Shown here piece by piece: positions 39,401 through 45,400 of a stretch of 64,000 nucleotides of DNA. This DNA comes from a virus. Under the pieces are notes generated by a model that worked only from the letters and a program-made list of their open reading frames with translations, made no database searches and had not been told where the DNA came from. Within the stretch, counting starts at the first letter, position 1, and each line of letters begins with the position of its first letter. The stretch covers positions 1-64,000 of the IMG/VR virus record IMGVR_UViG_3300020442_000006; one strand, written 5' to 3'. The translations under genes were made by a program, and so were the position numbers.

Positions 39401-42400
39401 ACGGAGTCGGTGAATCATCATCGGTAAATCCAGGTGTACCCTCTCTAATGATGTTAATGAATGGATATTCCAGTTTATACTGGTTATCTTTAGAGAATGA
39501 TAGGAAGTATCCAAGGTTAGATGAATCATCAAGGTCAAAGATATACTGATGTCCTCTAACAAATAGGAACTTAGGATGCTTAGCGTAGATATTAATGTTA
39601 GAAACAGAAGAACCTTGTCCAGAGAATGTAGGATCCTGAACAGCAGTGCTTCTTAATTTGTATGTGAAGTCTCTAGAAGTGAATACTTCTTGTACAAAGA
39701 ATGAACCATTATACTCATTAGTAGAGAATCTCTCAGTAAAGATGATGTCATTTGCTGAGAAGTTGTGTCTACTAGTAGCAGAGCAGTAAACAAGGTCAGT
39801 ATTTGTCAGTGCCTGTGAAGGAACAACGTCTTTGTTAAGTTTTGCTTGAAGATTGAACTGCTTAACACCAACAAGACCACCAAATGTTGCGATCTTACCA
39901 GTTGCATCAACATCAAATGTCAAGTTAACAGCGTCAGCATCAATAGTGTCACCTTTGATGAATGTTGAATCAGCATAGATCTGCTGAATTCTAATGGTGT
40001 AGTCGGAAGCATTGAAAGGTTTCCAAGATGCAAACTGTGCAAGAGTGCCAGATCCGTGTACACTATTCGCCAAATCTACTGAGAAGATACCTGCAACGCT
40101 TGTAAACGCCCAGTTGATGTTACCATCAGAAACAGTACCTGATGTATGTTCAGGAGCAAGAGGTCCTGCAGTTGCAGCAGTACCAGATGTATAGATCTTA
40201 CCATTACTATAGACAACATCACCAACAGCATAGTTCTGATTCTGCTGCCAAACAGGAACTGTAGTGTCAACGGTGAACTCTTTGTCCATCTCGTTAATAT
40301 CACCTGCAGTAGACTTCAGCAGTTTGCTTGTGTCAAAACTACCAATAATCTTACCAATCTTACAGGAATTGGTTCCAGATTCAACGACAGTACCATATGC
40401 AGATACAACATCGTTACCACCAATTACAGAATACTGTTGAAGAACAGATCCTTTAGTAAATGTGGCATTCTGGTTAAATGTAATAGTCTTTACAAGGTCA
40501 ATACTTGAGTATCTTGCATCTCTGATGTAGAACTTAGGAATAACCTTAGTAGTGAGGAGTAGTTTCTTACCACCTTGTGTAGGAATGGTTGCAGTTCTAC
40601 TTGCATATGCTTCATCAGTAGATGTAATAGTATAGACTCCAGGGATGTGAGTCGATATAACATCTGAGTAATCAAGAATCTGAATACCTGCAGGACCCAT
40701 TATCCAAGGGTTAACAGCAACTGACTGGGTATTAAACGTATAATTGCTTCCTGCGGCGACGTTTAGGGTATGTCCTGCCTCTACATCGTCTAGGGTGAAT
40801 GTACCAAGTTTTGTCTTATCTTTGTCAATCTTATAAATGAATGCCTTAGATACTGAGTTTGTACCAGTAATAAGACCTGCAGTGAATGCATCTGTGTACT
40901 TAGCAGAAGGTGTAAGAACAAAGTTGTCAATCCAACCGATCCAGTTGTTAGTAGAACTTGGAGTTGAGATAGGACCAAGTGTTGCCTGCATCAAGTTAAC
41001 ATCAACAGTAGAACTGTTAACTGAATGTGCCTCTACACCATTAACGTAGATACGATAGATGTAAGAACCAACACCAGGGCGTTCCTTAGAAATAGCAATG
41101 TGAACCCACGCCTCAGAGTTAAAGGCAGTCCAGAATGTTGTACCAGTAGAATATGAAACAGATCCATTCAAATCAAGGAATATCTTACCAAAATTGGGAC
41201 TGCTTGAAGTTCCATCAACACCAACCTTGACTTCCTGTGTCAACTGAGAGACAACACCGAAGAATTCTGGTTTAGATGCTTGTGCAGAATATTGAGTATT
41301 ACCAAGAGCAAACCAACCTTCCATTGTCCACTCAATACTAACATCAGTAGTTGTGCTGTACTGAAGGAGCATTGAGTTAGGAGCATCAAGTTTTACTGAA
41401 GATGCACCGTTATAGAACTTAGTATTATCGATAATAGCGTTACCTGAGGCAGCCCACTGCTTATTTGAACCAGTTCTTAGGATGTCATTATATGTTTCAT
41501 CAAACAGATTGTCTGCAGTGTTCCAGTTAAAGATAGCAAGTTGATCTGCCTCAACCTTGTTACCTGCAACAATAGTGTCACCAGAGTTATCGTTTGCAAC
41601 ACAAGTTGGATGGTAACCAATACCATTGGTCTCTGTTACCTCAGCAGCAGAAAGAACATTACCACTATTCCAAGAAATCTTGGCAGTAATTGATTGAACA
41701 GCGTTGAAATCTCTTTCTACAACAGCACTGATGTCGATATTACCAAATACGTCAAAGGAAACACCTGCATTCTTAATAGAGGTGTAAGTTCCAGTAGGAA
41801 CGTACATCTTAGCAAGAGATACTGCTGTATAGTCTTGGTTATCAAACTTAGCGTAGAGAACACCATAGTTCTTACCATTTGTGTCAATAGCAGTTGCAGT
41901 TACATAAACTGAACCATATTCATCAATAGTAAAGGTAGGATCAGCAAACTGGTAAGCACCAGACTCGATCTGCTTAGACCATTGAACCTCAATAGTAGCA
42001 GTATCGTAATATGTCTCACCAATAACAATGTTAGCATCACCTGCAGGGTCAGAGATACCACAGAAGAGGAATGTATCATCTGTTCTCCACTGAATCTGAT
42101 GAAGATGCTCACTGCCTGCAGCAGAAGCAATCTTACGCTTCTCCATCATAGATCCATCAAGATCAAGCAAACCAACCCACATATCGTCAGGTGCAGTAGA
42201 GTTGGAGTCTGTATAACCTGCAATCATTACTCGACCGTCTTGGTCAAGTCTGATGTCAGTAGCATAGTCTCTTCTAGTAGAACCAGAGATACCTGCAATA
42301 TCACGTTGCCACTGAATGATACCATCAGGGTTGTTAGCAATATCAAAACCAGACTGATACTTAGCAACAACGATGTCAGGGTTGTGAGTAAGGTTACCAA

Positions 42401-45400
42401 CGTTAGGAACAGTCTCACCAATCACATAGATGTTGTGAGGATTGCTGTTTTCAATATGAAGTGCCTTCCAAGATAGTGACTTATCAGCGTTTGAAGGAAC
42501 AGTAGGAATCAGAGTACGCTTCCAAAGCATTCTACCGTCACTGTTAAACTTAGCAAGAACACCTGCTGTATTACCATCTACAACCGTTGTTTGACCACAG
42601 ACATAGAAAGTACGATCATCAGCAACCTTAATATCATTAATCGTTACAGTAGAACCCGCTTCTGTTAGAAGTGAGAGGAAATAACTTGCTTTCTTAAATC
42701 TTTGAGGATGAGAAACACGAATTTGAGGTGGATTGTTCTCATCATATCCTGAACCAGAGTTGATAATATCAACAGTTCTTACAGCACCACCCTCATCTCT
42801 ATTGATATTAATGTTGAAGTCTTGTCCAGAGTTAGTAATAACCTCGTAACTAGGAGGAATATCTTCAGAATAACCAAGACCTTCCTGATCAATAGTAACT
42901 CTTTCTACACCAGAGATAACTTTTACCTTGAATGTCTTGTTAGTGTCATCAAGAATAGGTGTGCTAGTTACGATGATTTGATCATCTATACGCAATTCGT
43001 GCTCATTTGCAGTAGTGATACGACCATATGGAAGATCGTTCTGCATATATGAAGTATAACCTGCAATATCTAAACCTTTAACTGCTTCAACTTTTGCAGA
43101 GGCTCCGAAACCATCAGTTCCTTCGTTATCAAAGAACAGTTTGTCATTAACCTTGTAGGAGACACCTGGGTTCTCAACCACAAATCCATCAACTTTAGCG
43201 TCTTCAAACTTAGTCGTAGTCTCAATATCGATGTCAACAACTGATCTTGTAGAGACTTTAGGGTAGTAATCAAATAATTGTAGTACGGGTTCTTCAGTAA
43301 TCTGAATGGGAGTGGTTGATTCATCATTATTGATAAGACCATCTCTGTTAGTATCTTCGATTTCAAAGATAAGATCCTCACCAAGTTCAGTAACAAGAGT
43401 GTCAGTTGCTTGGTTAGGTGTACGATCAATATCAATATCCACATCCTCGTAAGGATCACGGAATCTAACCACGTTAGATGGGATATTTGTCTGTACAGCA
43501 TCCTGAGAGAAGTTCCATTCATCAGGTGAAGAGTACAGTTGAGGACCACAAATGTATGGGAATACAGGGTTACCTGCATCAGATGCATCGATTGATACAA
43601 AATATGCGTAAACACCTTCAGGGAATTCAGGAGTCTTACAGAAACGACCGTTATACTGGTCTAGATCACCCTCTTGGAACACATATTCAAAGTCATCAAT
43701 GAATGATCCTGCAATGTAATCAGTAAGAAGAGGACCATCTGCGCGAACAGGATTCAAGTTTGTCGCAGCATCATAGATGAGTGCGGGTTTAATTCTGTAG
43801 GATGAACGAATTCTTCTAATACCAGATGACTGGTCAGTGGCATCAATGTAACCGTAAGGTCCGTAGATAGGGTTACCATCGAATGCCCAACCCAAAATAG
43901 GAGAGTGTTGGTATCCAGTTGTAAGTTCTTGTAGTTGCTGAGTTGACTGATTCTTGAATACGTTGTCACCAAGAACGTATCTTAGTTGCTTAGGATCGGA
44001 AAGGTGTGCATATTCACCGCCATACTGTGTGTTATAACCTGCAAACACATAACCACGTGCTGTGTCAAAGTTCTGTCCTAGTTCATCTTGAAGGTTTCTA
44101 GTCCACTCAAACACAGTTGCAGTGAACTCTGCCATCTCACCAACCGCATCTAGACGGACAGTTGTATTACCAGTGGAGTAACCTACACCTCTGTTTACAA
44201 CAGTAACACCGATAACCTTACCTCTATCTTCACCAACAGCACCAATAGTTGCTCTTGCAATAGCACCATAACCGTCTCCATTGATCACAATCTCAGGAGC
44301 AGTTGTATATCCTCTACCTGCTGCAATGATAGCGATAGAAACGATTCTACCGTTAATAATAATAGGTTGAGCAACAGCACCCTCACCAGAGTTTAGTTTG
44401 ATGTCAGGAGATGATGTGTACGCTGCGCCTGTTTGGTCTACATTTACAGATTGGATAGGACCACGCACCTGTGCAGTAGCAAGACAACCATTGCCGCCTC
44501 CACCAGAGATAGAAACGTCAGGTTGTGATGTATATCCTTGACCTGGAGTTTCAACCAGAATCTTTGATACTACACCATTGGTAATAACAGCGGTAGCAGT
44601 AGCACCGAATCCGCCACCACCCACGATAGAAACAAGAGGACTAGAAGTGTAACCAGTACCCCCGTTAGAAACTTCGATTTCACTTAAAGCACCGTTAACA
44701 ACAACACTTGCCTTAGCACCAGATCCACCGCCACCATTGATCTCAATGATCGGAGGATTAGCAGCGTCATATCCTTGACCAGGGTTGTCAATAGTTATAC
44801 CAGTCAATCCACCAAACTTAATCTTAGTCTCAGACTTATAGGACCAAGTTGATACACCGTTAACCCAAGCACCGATAGGACCGAATGATGTATCTGTACG
44901 TCTAGAGATTGTATTGATAACTCTAGGGATACGGATCAACTTACGTTGGTTACCAGGAAGTAGCGCAGATCCTACAAAAGGACCAACTTGATAGTTAGGA
45001 ATACCAGAGGATGCAATGTATGCATACTGATCATTGAAGAATGTATTCTGTACGTTGGTAGTAAAGTCTCTGATAGCAACGCTGATACCCTCTTCTGGAG
45101 ACTTACCTTTGTTCAGGTCAACAGAAAGAAGGATGTTACCCTGTGGAGCATTAGGAGCAGGAGCAGGGATGTTATATTCAAACTGTGTATTATTGATACG
45201 TGATGTAACCAAGAAGGTTCCGTTGAACACAGTTGGGTTTGCACCGTAGATGGTAACAGTGTCACCAACCAACAGACCGTGGTTATTAGAGCAAGTAACA
45301 GTTGCAGTCTGGTTATTAAGACCACCAGGAACGATTTCGTTGATATTGATCAGTTTCTTAACGTTGTACAACCAAGAAGTGATTCTCTGGTCATTAGAAG

